Below, piece by piece: positions 21,055 to 32,113 of a stretch of 64,000 bases of DNA. Every line of letters starts with the position of its first letter. Position 1 is the first letter of the stretch. The translations under genes were made by a program, and so were the position numbers. The notes under the pieces were generated by a model, which saw nothing but the letters and a program-made list of their open reading frames with translations, did not search any database and was not told where the DNA came from. The stretch is from a virus. The DNA lies in the IMG/VR virus record IMGVR_UViG_3300008108_000098. One strand, given 5' to 3'.

Positions 21055-21220
21055 TGCAACCTAAAGAATCAAATTCAAAAACACATTTTTACATTAGTTT
21101 AGTTAAATCAGGATTTAGATTTGGTGCTGGGTTTACTTTAATTTTTGGTAATTTAGTATCTGCCGGTGCTTTGTTGATTATTGCTGAAACACTTGGAATT
21201 GCTGAAGAAATATTTTAAAT

Positions 21221-21529
21221 ATGAATTTTTATTTATTACAATCATTTATCAAAAAAATTAAAATGAAAACATTTAAAGATTTGGAATTTGAAAGTATGGT
21301 TTCCCCATTAATGAAAGGAAAAAAAACAAGAGTACATTTTAAAAATGGATACGGAGCCTCAGTTGTTTGTCATGACTTTTCTTACGGAGGTAAAGATGGT
21401 TTATATGAATTAGCGGTTTTGTTTGATAATGAACTTCATTATGATAATCCTGTTGCAAACGGTGATGTGAGAGGATATCTGACAGAAGAAGAAGTAACGG
21501 AATTATTAATTCAAATACAAAATTTATAA
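21221..21529 (+). CDS. hypothetical protein
   Basis: 102-aa ORF. Confidence 0.4.
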   Translation: MNFYLLQSFIKKIKMKTFKDLEFESMVSPLMKGKKTRVHFKNGYGASVVCHDFSYGGKDGLYELAVLFDNELHYDNPVANGDVRGYLTEEEVTELLIQIQNL

Positions 21530-21531
21530 AC

Positions 21532-21798
21532 ATGGATAAAATTACAGAAAAAACATTAAGAATTTTAATTGTTGTGTTTGGACTATTGTTTTGTTTTACT
21601 GCGATTATGTGGAGTAAAAAGGAACAAGAAGTAAAAATTCAAACAGTTACTATTGAAATTTTAAATAAAAAAGTAGATAGTTTAGGAGGTGAAATGTTTA
21701 TTAAAGACATTCAAATAGGATCCTATGAAATTATGTGGGGAATTTTAGAAGAAATAAACAAACCTTTGGCAGATTCAATAAACAATCAAGTTGAGTAG
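21532..21798 (+). CDS. small membrane protein
   Basis: Predicted N-terminal TM helix. Confidence 0.4.
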   Translation: MDKITEKTLRILIVVFGLLFCFTAIMWSKKEQEVKIQTVTIEILNKKVDSLGGEMFIKDIQIGSYEIMWGILEEINKPLADSINNQVE

Positions 21799-21800
21799 AA

Positions 21801-22100
21801 ATGGATTCAAATTATAATTTAACTAACAAATATGTTTCAATAAAAACGTCGACACTTGTAACGTTATCAGAACTTTTCATAGTTCAAACATTAGATGGTC
21901 CCATAACTTTAGAAGTTGAAATAAATGCAGATATGGAAAACATACCTGAAAGATATCGAGAAGTATTCTTAAATGTACTAACCTCAAAATATGCAAATCA
22001 GGTATCTTTTGGTGATAATCCCTTTTCAGAATGTAAACCTATTGTTAAAAGAAAGTGGTGGCAATTTTGGAAATCTAAATATTTTATGAGAAATCTTTAA
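21801..22100 (+). CDS. hypothetical protein
   Basis: 99-aa ORF. Confidence 0.4.
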   Translation: MDSNYNLTNKYVSIKTSTLVTLSELFIVQTLDGPITLEVEINADMENIPERYREVFLNVLTSKYANQVSFGDNPFSECKPIVKRKWWQFWKSKYFMRNL

Positions 22101-22236
22101 TTATGTTTTATATAGGCATCATATTCATTATAACTTCATTATGGATTGCGTATGAAATTTGGAGAGCACCATTGATGGAAGAAACTGAAGACGGTAAATT
22201 AATCACAAAAAGACCAACAAAAAAATTATCAGACCT

Positions 22237-22479
22237 ATGGCGAAAGCGATCTTAGAATATGATTTGAATGATTTTGATGACAAACAGGCCCATCTCCGTG
22301 CTGTTAAATCTTTTGATATGGCCGGTGCATTATGGGATATTACCCATAATACTAAAAAGAATTTAGAATGGTCTATGGAAGGAAAAGAAATGGATAAATA
22401 TGATGCTTTGGAAATGGTGTTTGATAAGATTTTTGAGATCCTTGAGGAACATGGAATAAAAACTGACGAATTATTTTAA
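22237..22479 (+). CDS. hypothetical acidic protein
   Basis: 80-aa ORF. Confidence 0.4.
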   Translation: MAKAILEYDLNDFDDKQAHLRAVKSFDMAGALWDITHNTKKNLEWSMEGKEMDKYDALEMVFDKIFEILEEHGIKTDELF

Positions 22480-22495
22480 TAAAATATTTATAATT

Positions 22496-22681
22496 ATGAT
22501 AGAATTTTTCAAAAAAAATCAAAAAAATATAACTATGGGAGGTGCAATTGTTCTCCTACTCATTTGTTATTTTCAACAAAAAGAATTGTCACGTCTCAGA
22601 AAGGAAGTACATTCTGTAAATGAGATAAAAACAGATAATAAGAGTTTAGACTCACTTTTGAATAAGGTGGAATTGAAATGA
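22496..22681 (+). CDS. small membrane protein
   Basis: TM helix. ATGA overlap with the IscA gene. Confidence 0.35.
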   Translation: MIEFFKKNQKNITMGGAIVLLLICYFQQKELSRLRKEVHSVNEIKTDNKSLDSLLNKVELK

Positions 22682-23010
22682 TTACTATTAGTGAAAGTGC
22701 ATTAAAACATTTGAAGGATCTTATAAAAGACGAAGGTATTGATATCCAAACTCATTTTTTAAGGGTCGGGGTAAAAGGTGGTGGTTGTAGTGGATTGTCA
22801 TATATTATGGATTTTGATGATAATAAAACCGACATGGATGAAGTAGTGGAAGTTGATGATCAATTAAAAGTGGTGATAGATAAAAAATCAGTTCTTTATT
22901 TGTTTGGTACTGAACTTCAATATTCCTCAGGATTAAATGGAAAAGGTTTTCAATGGGTAAACCCAAATGCCTCTCGAACCTGCGGATGTGGTGAAAGTTT
23001 CGCAGTATAA
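22678..23010 (+). CDS. A-type Fe-S cluster carrier (IscA/HesB family)
   Basis: Near full-length match to IscA: GGGCSGLSY ... NPNA ... CGCGESF. Confidence 0.85.
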   Translation: MITISESALKHLKDLIKDEGIDIQTHFLRVGVKGGGCSGLSYIMDFDDNKTDMDEVVEVDDQLKVVIDKKSVLYLFGTELQYSSGLNGKGFQWVNPNASRTCGCGESFAV

Positions 23011-23064
23011 TTTTTTTTATTACAAAATTTTTCTTATTTTTTTAAAAAACTAAATAGAATTACT

Positions 23065-23343
23065 ATGCCAGAATTTACAACAGAAATTGATATTGACCCA
23101 AGTGAATTTATTGATTTGTGCTCTCGTAAAGAAAAAGAGAGATTAATCGAAATTCTTATTGAGGATGGTCATATCCAACCAGATCAAACAACATTAAATG
23201 GTGAAAAAGTTCGCAAACAAAATATCAACGACAAGATATTTTTTGAGAGTTTAGAAAAACTATCCAAATGTCGTGACTTATTAACTCTTGAAGAAGAAAA
23301 TTTTATAAACAATCTTGCAAACAAATTTAAATATCTTAGATAA
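23065..23343 (+). CDS. hypothetical protein
   Basis: 92-aa ORF. Confidence 0.4.
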   Translation: MPEFTTEIDIDPSEFIDLCSRKEKERLIEILIEDGHIQPDQTTLNGEKVRKQNINDKIFFESLEKLSKCRDLLTLEEENFINNLANKFKYLR

Positions 23344-24103
23344 GATGTTCAACAAGATATATGTAAATGGTGGGAGTCAATGTATTGCCGCGGGATTCAT
23401 ATGGAATAACGTCAAAGATGTCTATAAAGAAAATGGAGTGGTTATAAATAATCATTTAGAATTTTCATATCCATACATATTATCAGAAAAATTGAATGTT
23501 GAATTAGTAAATGAGGGATCACCAGGTGGTTCGATTTCAAGAATGATAAGAAAAACCTATGATTATATTTTTAATAATGACGTTTCAAATACATTATTTA
23601 TTTTGGAAGTTCCACCAGGTTGGAGGGAAGAATATTTTTCATTGGAGTTGAATCGTTATGTTAATATGACCATAGGAAACATTTTATCTGCCGATGATGA
23701 AACTGATACGGCTTGTGGTCATAGTGGGAAAGATTTACATAAGATACATAAAAACATAACAAATTATTTTTATAATTTTATTGACGACAAAGTTGAATTA
23801 GAAAAAAATATGTTTCATTTATTAGGTTTGTTGTCTTATTTAAAATTGAATAATATAAAATATTTGATAATTGATACGGGTGATTTTCATACGTATCTTT
23901 ATAGAAGAAAACAACCATTAAATTATAATTTTGTTTGGTTTGATGTGGAACCAATGCCAATGTGGGATTGGATAAATAAAAACAATTTAAAGATTGTAAA
24001 CGAAACAAATGGTTTATCAAGAGATGAACATATGGGGATTGAAGGTAACAAATTAGTAGCTGAAAAACTTTTTAAAATAATAAGTAATGAAAATTTCAAA
24101 TGA
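23315..24103 (+). CDS. SGNH-like hydrolase family paralog
   Basis: N-terminus KIYVNGGSQC ...; C-terminus RDEHMGIEGN. Confidence 0.45.
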   Translation: MQTNLNILDKMFNKIYVNGGSQCIAAGFIWNNVKDVYKENGVVINNHLEFSYPYILSEKLNVELVNEGSPGGSISRMIRKTYDYIFNNDVSNTLFILEVPPGWREEYFSLELNRYVNMTIGNILSADDETDTACGHSGKDLHKIHKNITNYFYNFIDDKVELEKNMFHLLGLLSYLKLNNIKYLIIDTGDFHTYLYRRKQPLNYNFVWFDVEPMPMWDWINKNNLKIVNETNGLSRDEHMGIEGNKLVAEKLFKIISNENFK

Positions 24104-24776
24104 TCTTGTTGAGGGTGTTGTTGAGGAAGTTCTACCTAAAATATTTTGTGTATTTATTGATGACAGTTACCAAAGGTCAATGTTGTTTTGTAAATACCAA
24201 GAATTTTATGAGTCACCCTTTAAAGAAATAAGAGGGAAAACATTTACATTGGAACAATATATGTCATTGTATAGACAAAAGAATAACGAACAGGTTTTTA
24301 CATATCCAAAAGATTGGTCAGGTTTTAACATACCATCAAATATAATTCAAAAAGGTATGTCGGCCTTTTCAAAACGTGGGTGGGGACCCTATGACGAAAT
24401 CATGAGTGATATTTGGTATTCATGTGAAAACTATCCACTAAGATTTGAAAAACCAAGAACAAAATGGTACTTAATTGGATCAAGTAAGTGTGATCTCGAT
24501 ACCATGAAACATGAAATTGCTCACGGTTTATATTATACAAATAAAGAATATAAAAAAAATTGTGATAAATTATTAGATAGAATAAAAGCGAGAGATTATA
24601 AGTTTTTAAAATTATGTCTAATAGAAATGGGATATGCTGATGACGATAAAATTATATCTGACGAGATACAGGCTTTTATGTCAACAGGACTTTATAGTAA
24701 ATTAAAAACAGAAGAAACACAAAAATATACTAAAAAATTTATAGAAAACTTTAAAAATTTTTACAATGAAAAATAA
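24087..24776 (+). CDS. putative zinc metallopeptidase-like protein (HExxH)
   Basis: Motif MKHEIAHGLYY. Confidence 0.4.
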   Translation: MKISNDLVEGVVEEVLPKIFCVFIDDSYQRSMLFCKYQEFYESPFKEIRGKTFTLEQYMSLYRQKNNEQVFTYPKDWSGFNIPSNIIQKGMSAFSKRGWGPYDEIMSDIWYSCENYPLRFEKPRTKWYLIGSSKCDLDTMKHEIAHGLYYTNKEYKKNCDKLLDRIKARDYKFLKLCLIEMGYADDDKIISDEIQAFMSTGLYSKLKTEETQKYTKKFIENFKNFYNEK

Positions 24777-24902
24777 ATCAACCCTTGAAAAAATTATATT
24801 ATTTTTTGTATTCTTATTCGGTATGTATCTTTTATTTACCGGATTTAGAATGATTTTTTTTATGATAAGTGAAATATTCAAATAATATTTTATCTTTACT
24901 TA

Positions 24903-25430
24903 ATGAGACGAAAGGTTATTTTCATAGATGTAGACGGACCATTGGCATGGGGTACATGGGGAAACGGTAGAGTTACACTTAACGAAGGGACTTCTCATTT
25001 GTTTACAATACCATATCCTTGGGTTGAGGACGATTGCCAAGCCCTCCAAAAGATTTGCAATGAAACAAATGCAAGTTTGGTGGTTAGTTCAGATTGGAGA
25101 AAACATTTTAGTTGGATTCAATTGAAACGTATTTTTCAATACTATGGAATTACCGCACCTATTGTGGATATAACTACACATCAGGATCTATGGAATAAAT
25201 TGAGTAGACCGTCAATTGAGTGGGAAAGAGCCTCGGAAATTTGTAAGTGGGTTAAAGATAACAAAATCAGTAATTGGATTTCAATTGATGATATGAAGTT
25301 AGATCAACAATACAAGTGGATGAGACCGAGAGTCCCAATGTGGAGACACGTTCAAGTAGATGGTGATTGGGGAACAGGTGGTAGATTGAGGGACAAAATT
25401 GAAGAATGTATTTTTAAATTAAACCGTTAG
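24903..25430 (+). CDS. HAD-like hydrolase
   Basis: Motifs FIDVDGPL ... VVSSDWR. Confidence 0.5.
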   Translation: MRRKVIFIDVDGPLAWGTWGNGRVTLNEGTSHLFTIPYPWVEDDCQALQKICNETNASLVVSSDWRKHFSWIQLKRIFQYYGITAPIVDITTHQDLWNKLSRPSIEWERASEICKWVKDNKISNWISIDDMKLDQQYKWMRPRVPMWRHVQVDGDWGTGGRLRDKIEECIFKLNR

Positions 25431-25677
25431 TTATGAATTACTTAGTTGCCATTTTGATAACAATTATAATAGTTACACCAATTTCGTGGTTGTGGGTTAA
25501 AGGTATTGATAACATGAAAAAAAATCATCCTGATTATAAAGGCAATGATCTGTTTAATTGGGATGAAGATGACGATTCAAAGAATGTGTAGATAGTACAC
25601 GATGATTCGTAATATTTTAAAAAACCTTTGATATTATAAAATAATTTATATAAATTAGGTGTATAAAATTTACAATC

Positions 25678-26022
25678 ATGGGAAATCAACATGTACCACT
25701 TTCAATCAATGAAGATGGATTAGTAACATCAGTTGGAAAACAACAATTATCAGATGACGATTACGAAGTTTGTATCATCTGCGGAGGAAAAACAAACGTA
25801 CTAAAAACTACACACATCGATTATCGATATGGTTATGTAGAAGGTGCTGGTCAATGTTGTAGAGAATGTTACAACAAGTCGAGTGATAATTATAGTGACA
25901 GGATAATGAAACTTAGAACGACTTTAATTACCATATCGGCAGAAGATATTCAAAACACTCCAAACGATATGGAATTAGGTGCTCTTGTTAGAAACAAATA
26001 TTGGGATAGTTTAGAAAGATGA
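25678..26022 (+). CDS. Cys-rich zinc-finger protein
   Basis: Motifs CIICGG ... CCRECYNK. Confidence 0.45.
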   Translation: MGNQHVPLSINEDGLVTSVGKQQLSDDDYEVCIICGGKTNVLKTTHIDYRYGYVEGAGQCCRECYNKSSDNYSDRIMKLRTTLITISAEDIQNTPNDMELGALVRNKYWDSLER

Positions 26023-26483
26023 ATATTTTTTATTTAGATAAGAATGTAAGTAAATGTGCTCAATACCACAATGATAAACATGTGGTGAAGATGATACTTG
26101 AAACTGCCCAATTACTTTGTGGATCACATTGGGCAACTGGTGGGACCGCACCATATAAACTATCACATAAGAATCATCCCTGTTCTATATGGGTTAGAAG
26201 TGATTTGAATAACTATATGTGGTTATGTGAGTTGGGTATGGAGTTATGTGCGGAGTATACCTATAGGTACGGGAAGCATCATAAAACTGAGGAGGTTATT
26301 GATTGGTGTTGTCAAAATCATCCCGACATCCCAAATGTAAAATTTACTGAGCCTCCTTTGGCCATGCCTGATGTTTGTAAGATCGGTACAAGTACTATTT
26401 TATCCTATAGGAACTACTATATAATAGAAAAAAGATCGTTTTGTAGTTGGAAAAACAGAGATATTCCGGATTGGTTTAGATAA
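26019..26483 (+). CDS. hypothetical protein, possibly pyrimidine-dimer DNA glycosylase (Pyr_excise)-like
   Basis: Weak resemblance: YLD...KHVVKMILETAQLL ... HKNHPCSIW. Confidence 0.35.
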   Translation: MNIFYLDKNVSKCAQYHNDKHVVKMILETAQLLCGSHWATGGTAPYKLSHKNHPCSIWVRSDLNNYMWLCELGMELCAEYTYRYGKHHKTEEVIDWCCQNHPDIPNVKFTEPPLAMPDVCKIGTSTILSYRNYYIIEKRSFCSWKNRDIPDWFR

Positions 26484-26521
26484 CGAAGTATTTATATACA
26501 TATAAGTAAATTCGGAGTAAA

Positions 26522-27688
26522 ATGAAAGTAATTAAAGTTAAAAACCTAAAGAAGTTAGTCGAGGAAATTTCTTCCGATTATATGGAAATGGCCTATCAGG
26601 CCAAGGGAGTACAAAAAGCTAAAATTGACCCCAAAACAGGAGAAGAAATTATACCTAAGTATAAACCTTATTGGAAGGAGGGTAATGACACTCCAGTTCC
26701 TGATTATTGGATTATAAATAAAAATCAGGTTAAAGGTGAGGAGGTCTTGCTTGTTCCTTTAGATTGTTATGAATATGAACAATTCGTAAATGAAAATAGA
26801 GAATGGTTAGATCAAATTGGTGCTTTACATAATTTGAACCCGAGTTTAAATCCTTGTAAAAGAACAAAAGAACACCCAAGAAATAAAAAAGTTGGAACAA
26901 CATATGTTCCTTCAGGTGAAAAATACAGTTTACAGGAGAAATTAAAGAGAGATTTACATGATTTAGTTGAAAGATATTTGGGTAATGAGGAAGTATCTAA
27001 AAGATTGGAAAAATGTAGTATACCTGAAATCAAATCAAGGGACAGAAAACACTTGAATAGATACGGTAAAATGGATAATACATCAATTGAATATAACACA
27101 CACACTTTTAATTCATATACAAGTTCTAAACAATTTTTACAATTTGTAACTGCAAGAATTACAGGTAAACCTTTGGATCCACAATTTAAGTCCTATCACT
27201 TAGCAAGACAATTCAACGACATATATAGGAATTGGTCAGAAACAAAAAAGAATGATGTTCAGTATGTTGGAAAAACTGAGGCATACATGTTAGATAGATT
27301 TGGATTTGATCCTGATAACTTAGATGTAACAGTTAGAAGTGATTTCAGCATAAAAGGAGAAAACGATGCACAAAATAAAGTGTATAAATGGACAATAACT
27401 TTAACCACTAAATTTGGTAGAAAACTTAAAGAAGAATCCGCAATTGCTGGTAGAAAATTGAATCCTGACATTAACATTGTGATTCAAAAAGAGGCACAAT
27501 ATGAACTTGAAGAAAATGAAGTTTTCAATGAAATGAGAACCGTTTTAGATAAATTAGAAATCAAACAAGCACTTATTGAGGCATTAAGTGAACTCGCAGA
27601 TAAAATAATGACAGAAATTAAACCCGTCCAAGCCCTGAAATTGGCCAACGTCCAAAACTACGACATAACAAAAAAGAACGTCGAATAA
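26522..27688 (+). CDS. hypothetical protein (388 aa)
   Basis: Long ORF followed by an intrinsic terminator. Confidence 0.5.
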   Translation: MKVIKVKNLKKLVEEISSDYMEMAYQAKGVQKAKIDPKTGEEIIPKYKPYWKEGNDTPVPDYWIINKNQVKGEEVLLVPLDCYEYEQFVNENREWLDQIGALHNLNPSLNPCKRTKEHPRNKKVGTTYVPSGEKYSLQEKLKRDLHDLVERYLGNEEVSKRLEKCSIPEIKSRDRKHLNRYGKMDNTSIEYNTHTFNSYTSSKQFLQFVTARITGKPLDPQFKSYHLARQFNDIYRNWSETKKNDVQYVGKTEAYMLDRFGFDPDNLDVTVRSDFSIKGENDAQNKVYKWTITLTTKFGRKLKEESAIAGRKLNPDINIVIQKEAQYELEENEVFNEMRTVLDKLEIKQALIEALSELADKIMTEIKPVQALKLANVQNYDITKKNVE

Positions 27689-27692
27689 AGGA

Positions 27693-27720
27693 ATCCCCGA
27701 GAAATCGGGGATTTTTTTTT
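27693..27720 (+). terminator. intrinsic terminator: ATCCCCGA-GAAA-TCGGGGAT plus T9
   Basis: Perfect 8-bp GC stem with a T-run, seen directly. Confidence 0.8.
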
Positions 27721-27758
27721 GAAATATTTTGGGATATTCAAAATAATTTTTACATTTG
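27721..27758 (+). promoter_or_regulatory. class A promoter: GAAATATTTTGGGATATTCA element plus TACATTTG -7 box
   Basis: Matches the Bacteroidetes -33 TTTG / -7 TAnnTTTG architecture. Element recurs at 38790 and 41311. Confidence 0.55.
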
Positions 27759-27775
27759 TATAAACTTACTAACAA

Positions 27776-28276
27776 ATGGGTACAAATTATTACAGGATAC
27801 CCCCAAAAGGGGAAATGGAAGATAGAAAACGCGTTCTAATTCAACAAGTTACAGATTTAGAACTAACCCCTTCAAATATTCAAAGAGAGTTCAAAGTTGA
27901 AAAGTCATCATCATGGGACTATGAAAATCCTTGGGATGTTTTTCTTGAAGACACCAATATACATTTAGGTAAAAGAAGTGGGGGTTGGAAGTTTTGTTGG
28001 AATTTTCATAATAACAAATATTATTCTAACAAAGAACAATTACTTCGTTTCATTCGTACTGGTAGGGTTGTTGATGAGTATGGTGAAGAATGGAACGTTG
28101 AGGAATTTATAAGTATGTCACTTGAATGGAGTCAACCGAATGGATTAATTCTTAATGAAGAATATAGAAAAGATTTAATATCAAAAGGTAGTAAAATGTT
28201 TTGGTTGTATGATGAAAAACATGACGATTTAAATATTGATGGACTAAGGGTAAGTACATCAAATGCGTTTTCATAA
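27776..28276 (+). CDS. hypothetical protein
   Basis: 166-aa ORF; HLGKRSGGWKFCW motif not recognised. Confidence 0.5.
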   Translation: MGTNYYRIPPKGEMEDRKRVLIQQVTDLELTPSNIQREFKVEKSSSWDYENPWDVFLEDTNIHLGKRSGGWKFCWNFHNNKYYSNKEQLLRFIRTGRVVDEYGEEWNVEEFISMSLEWSQPNGLILNEEYRKDLISKGSKMFWLYDEKHDDLNIDGLRVSTSNAFS

Positions 28277-28342
28277 TTAAAAAAAAAAGAAAAACGCTGA
28301 AGTGGAAATCGAGGTGGATCCTCAAAACGGACAAATGAATTT

Positions 28343-28996
28343 ATGATAAAGTTAGATCGAAATATAAAAGTATGGATTACCTCCGATACACACTATTCAC
28401 ATAAAAATATATGTAGAGGTGTAACTAATTGGCGTATGCCAGATGGTTCAGTACCCGAAAAACAAACTCGTCCGTTTGATACAATTGAAAAAATGAACTC
28501 ATCAATTGTTGATAACATAAATGAAGTTGTCGGTCAAGACGATGTGTTAATACATTTGGGTGATTGGTCTTTTGGTGGATTTGAAAATATAGAGGAATTT
28601 CATAACAGATTAATTTGCAAGAATATACATTTAGTTCTTGGTAATCATGATCATCATATTGATAGGAACAGAGGAAATGTAAGAGACCTATTCAAAAGTG
28701 TAAGTTGGTTTGAACAATTTGAATTTATGGGTGAAACAATTGAATGTTGTCATTACCCAATATCAAGTTGGAATGGTCTTCGTAAAGGTCGTATTCATTT
28801 ACATGGACATTGCCATTTACCACATGATCAAAAAATAAGTAACGGTAGAAGAATGGATATTGGTATGGACGGCAATCCTGATTTTGCACCGTATAACTTG
28901 CACGAAGTTATTAAGATGTTGAAAAAAAGAGAAATAGGTAGTGAGATGGGTCCTTTAGATCATCACTTAGATGATATTGTGGGAATTGTTGGTTAA
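28343..28996 (+). CDS. calcineurin-like metallophosphoesterase
   Basis: Motifs ITSDTHYSH ... GDWSFGG ... LVLGNHDHH. Confidence 0.75.
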   Translation: MIKLDRNIKVWITSDTHYSHKNICRGVTNWRMPDGSVPEKQTRPFDTIEKMNSSIVDNINEVVGQDDVLIHLGDWSFGGFENIEEFHNRLICKNIHLVLGNHDHHIDRNRGNVRDLFKSVSWFEQFEFMGETIECCHYPISSWNGLRKGRIHLHGHCHLPHDQKISNGRRMDIGMDGNPDFAPYNLHEVIKMLKKREIGSEMGPLDHHLDDIVGIVG

Positions 28997-29035
28997 GTAT
29001 TTTTTTATTTCAATTATTTTTTCTATATTTTTTAT

Positions 29036-29278
29036 ATGACTTTGGAAGAAATAATTGAAAGATATCCCGATACAGAAATTTTGAAGGCAGATGGATTTGA
29101 TGATGCGGTTATTGGGATAGAAGAAAGATCTGGTCGATTGGTTTATGATGTTGATATGATGATTCACATTCTTATAAAAGACGAAGAGATGAGTGAGGAA
29201 GATGCTATTGAATATCTTGATTATAATGTGATCGGGGCATATGTAGGAGAACAAACACCAATATACATAACAACATGA
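29036..29278 (+). CDS. small acidic protein
   Basis: 80-aa ORF. Confidence 0.4.
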   Translation: MTLEEIIERYPDTEILKADGFDDAVIGIEERSGRLVYDVDMMIHILIKDEEMSEEDAIEYLDYNVIGAYVGEQTPIYITT

Positions 29279-29305
29279 AGAAATTTATAAACTTTCTCAA
29301 ATTGG

Positions 29306-29800
29306 TTGAACATTACAGATTACTGTGTATGGAAAAATCAGGTTGGGGTAAAATCTAAAAATATGAATATTAAACAAGCACTTAAAAAGAAAAACAAACT
29401 CGTTGGGTTAATGACTGAAGAGTTTTACAAAGCAACTCAATATAATGTTGTTGATGAAGGTAATCCTCGTCCATATTCTGCAACTGAAGCTATTGGTAAA
29501 TGGATGCAATTATCAAATGAATTGATTGTTTTAAAAGCAAAAATCCATAAAGCAAATCAACCGGTTTATTATCAAATTTTTGAATTGTCGGAATTAAAAA
29601 GTCAGGTTAAACTTTTGAAATCACTAAACTGTACATCAGGTAAAGTTAGTGGAGGTAGATGGGGTGAAGGTGATCCTGTTGTGAAACATGCCGAAATCAA
29701 TGTAGTAGAAAAAGATCAAATGGTTAAAAATCTTGAATCAAGAATTGAACAGCTTCAAGATGAACTTGATCAATGGAATCATAATACACTAATTGATTAA
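29306..29800 (+). CDS. hypothetical protein
   Basis: 164-aa ORF with C-terminal coiled-coil-like segment. Confidence 0.45.
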   Translation: MNITDYCVWKNQVGVKSKNMNIKQALKKKNKLVGLMTEEFYKATQYNVVDEGNPRPYSATEAIGKWMQLSNELIVLKAKIHKANQPVYYQIFELSELKSQVKLLKSLNCTSGKVSGGRWGEGDPVVKHAEINVVEKDQMVKNLESRIEQLQDELDQWNHNTLID

Positions 29801-30026
29801 AAAATATTGGTTGGGGGATGAGGGACGATTTATAAATCAACAGAAATGGTTTCATACCATTTTGACAATCAATTCTATAAAGTCTGATAAAAAGATATCG
29901 TTAACGAATTCAAAAATTAACCAATCAAGATATCAACAGTTAAATGTCAAACTTTAAAATTCTATTAAGATTTATTTAATCAAAACTTTGAACCCAATCA
30001 TACTTTAACTTACTAAACTAAACACA

Positions 30027-30380
30027 ATGAACAATTTACTTAAAAAAATTTTTGATCGAAAAATCGTTAGTCCCGTTTTTGTTGGATTTGGTGGATTTGC
30101 AATATTCACATTTATTGTTTTTCCAGGATTAACCGTTGCAAATGGTGTATTGAATATTCTCTCATCACTTATTGGTATTTTTACTTTAGTTTATATTTTT
30201 TATTACATTGATGGTGATAAACTTTATAAATCTATTATTGAAATTGAGTCGGGTGAAACAGAATTAGATTATGTGAACCCTGATGAATTAAAACCAAAGA
30301 AAAAAAGAAACATTAAACAATTTCCTGAGGTTGAAAGTAAAGAACCCTTTGTAAAAACAAGAAAAAAATTAAAAAAATAA
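30027..30380 (+). CDS. membrane protein
   Basis: Two predicted TM helices and a Lys-rich tail. Confidence 0.45.
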   Translation: MNNLLKKIFDRKIVSPVFVGFGGFAIFTFIVFPGLTVANGVLNILSSLIGIFTLVYIFYYIDGDKLYKSIIEIESGETELDYVNPDELKPKKKRNIKQFPEVESKEPFVKTRKKLKK

Positions 30381-30582
30381 ATATGAAAAGATTTACAATT
30401 ACAGGTGTTAGAACTATAGATGAATATGTTACATATACCGTTGAAGCTGAAACCGAAGATGAGGCTATGGAAATAGTCGAGAACGGGGAAGTAGACGACA
30501 ATAATGATCATTGGCAACGGGAAACTTCTGGTGGTGAAGATTTTACCGTAACAAAAGTCGAAGATATAGAAAATTAAAAATT

Positions 30583-31527
30583 ATGGCAAAATTTAATAGG
30601 TACGACAATCGATGGGATAACCACGGTAATAAAAGGTCGGATGAAGAATTGGATCGAATGGAAAAAGAATACAATCAACAACAAAATATAATAAAACAAA
30701 AAATTATGAGAAACATTTTAATCGGGGTCGGAGTATTTTTTATATTAACTTTTTTATTTTTTTCTTGTGAAAGAATTGACGCAGGACACGTCGGAGTTAA
30801 GGTAAATCAATATGGTGATAACAAAGGTGTTAGTGATGTAGTAGAAGTAACGGGTATGGTATTTTATAACCCAATTACACATAGTATTTATGAGTTCCCA
30901 ACGTTTATTCAACACAAAGAATATACGGGAGATAATTCATTTGTGGTAAACTCCAAAGATGGTAGTGAATTTCATGTGGCACCTATCATCAATTATTCAG
31001 TACAAAGAGAGAAAGTTCCCGCAATCTTTTCGAAGTATCGTAGAAGTTTGGAACAGATTGAAGAAGGATTTTTAAAAACTGCGGTGTTTGATGCATTTAG
31101 ATTGGCAACCAACGTATACACAGCAGATGAATTGATTAGTAATAGAGAGAAATTCGAGATCGAAGTTCGTAAAATTTTAGAGTCACAATTAATGAAAGAA
31201 GGTTTTGTGGTTAATCAGTTTACATCTAATCTCGTTTATCCTGAAACATTTAAACAAGCAATCGAAGCCAAAAACAACGCAGTTCAAGCGGCATTAAGAG
31301 CTGAGAATGAAGTTAAAACTGCGGAGGCACAAGCGAAGATTAAAGTGGCAACTGCGGAAGGTAATGCTCAGGCAATGTTAACTTCAGCGAAAGCAGAGGC
31401 GGAGGCGAATCGATTGAAACAACAAACATTAACACCACTATTATTACAACTTGAATGGATTAATAAATGGGATGGTAAGTTACCAGTATATGGACAGTCA
31501 CCAATTCTCTATAAACCTGTAAATTAA
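30583..31527 (+). CDS. SPFH/band-7 (prohibitin/HflC-like) membrane protein
   Basis: TM helix, SPFH core and Ala/Glu-rich coiled-coil tail. Confidence 0.7.
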   Translation: MAKFNRYDNRWDNHGNKRSDEELDRMEKEYNQQQNIIKQKIMRNILIGVGVFFILTFLFFSCERIDAGHVGVKVNQYGDNKGVSDVVEVTGMVFYNPITHSIYEFPTFIQHKEYTGDNSFVVNSKDGSEFHVAPIINYSVQREKVPAIFSKYRRSLEQIEEGFLKTAVFDAFRLATNVYTADELISNREKFEIEVRKILESQLMKEGFVVNQFTSNLVYPETFKQAIEAKNNAVQAALRAENEVKTAEAQAKIKVATAEGNAQAMLTSAKAEAEANRLKQQTLTPLLLQLEWINKWDGKLPVYGQSPILYKPVN

Positions 31528-31532
31528 AATAT

Positions 31533-32111
31533 ATGGCAAAGTTCACAAAAAAATGGTTGAAAGATTTTGAAAAAAGGTACAAAGACGCCTTCAAATCAAT
31601 TAAGAGTTTAGAAGAAGAACATGCTGAAATGAGAGCGGATAATCCGGATGTTTATGAAATAAACGGTTTGTTTATGAACATCTCTCATTTAGAGTTTGAC
31701 AATTCATCTGATCTAACAATTTATCATAAAGAAAAATCAGATGAAAGTGATGAATATGTTGAAATTGGTGTAGATGGTAGTGAATTGGGTTCATTCGCTT
31801 TTAAAATTAAAAGTTTAAAAGAATTAAAAGAATTCAGAAATAAATTAATTGAAGCAATAGATAATTTTGAAAGACCGGTTGAGTTGGACAACACCATAGA
31901 TCCTGATGATTGTGAAGAGGAAGAGGGATGGGAAGACAATGAAGAAACGGAATATACAATTCAATGTAGTAGAACTTGTGTACAAAGTTGGACACATACT
32001 GTTATTGCAAAGACTACTTGTGAGGCAATAAGAAAGGCACAAGATGGTGAAGGTCATGATGAAAATGATGATTTTGATCAATATGGTGAAATAGATTATG
32101 AATCAATTTAA
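31533..32111 (+). CDS. acidic protein
   Basis: 192-aa ORF with Asp/Glu-rich C-terminus. Confidence 0.45.
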   Translation: MAKFTKKWLKDFEKRYKDAFKSIKSLEEEHAEMRADNPDVYEINGLFMNISHLEFDNSSDLTIYHKEKSDESDEYVEIGVDGSELGSFAFKIKSLKELKEFRNKLIEAIDNFERPVELDNTIDPDDCEEEEGWEDNEETEYTIQCSRTCVQSWTHTVIAKTTCEAIRKAQDGEGHDENDDFDQYGEIDYESI

Positions 32112-32113
32112 GT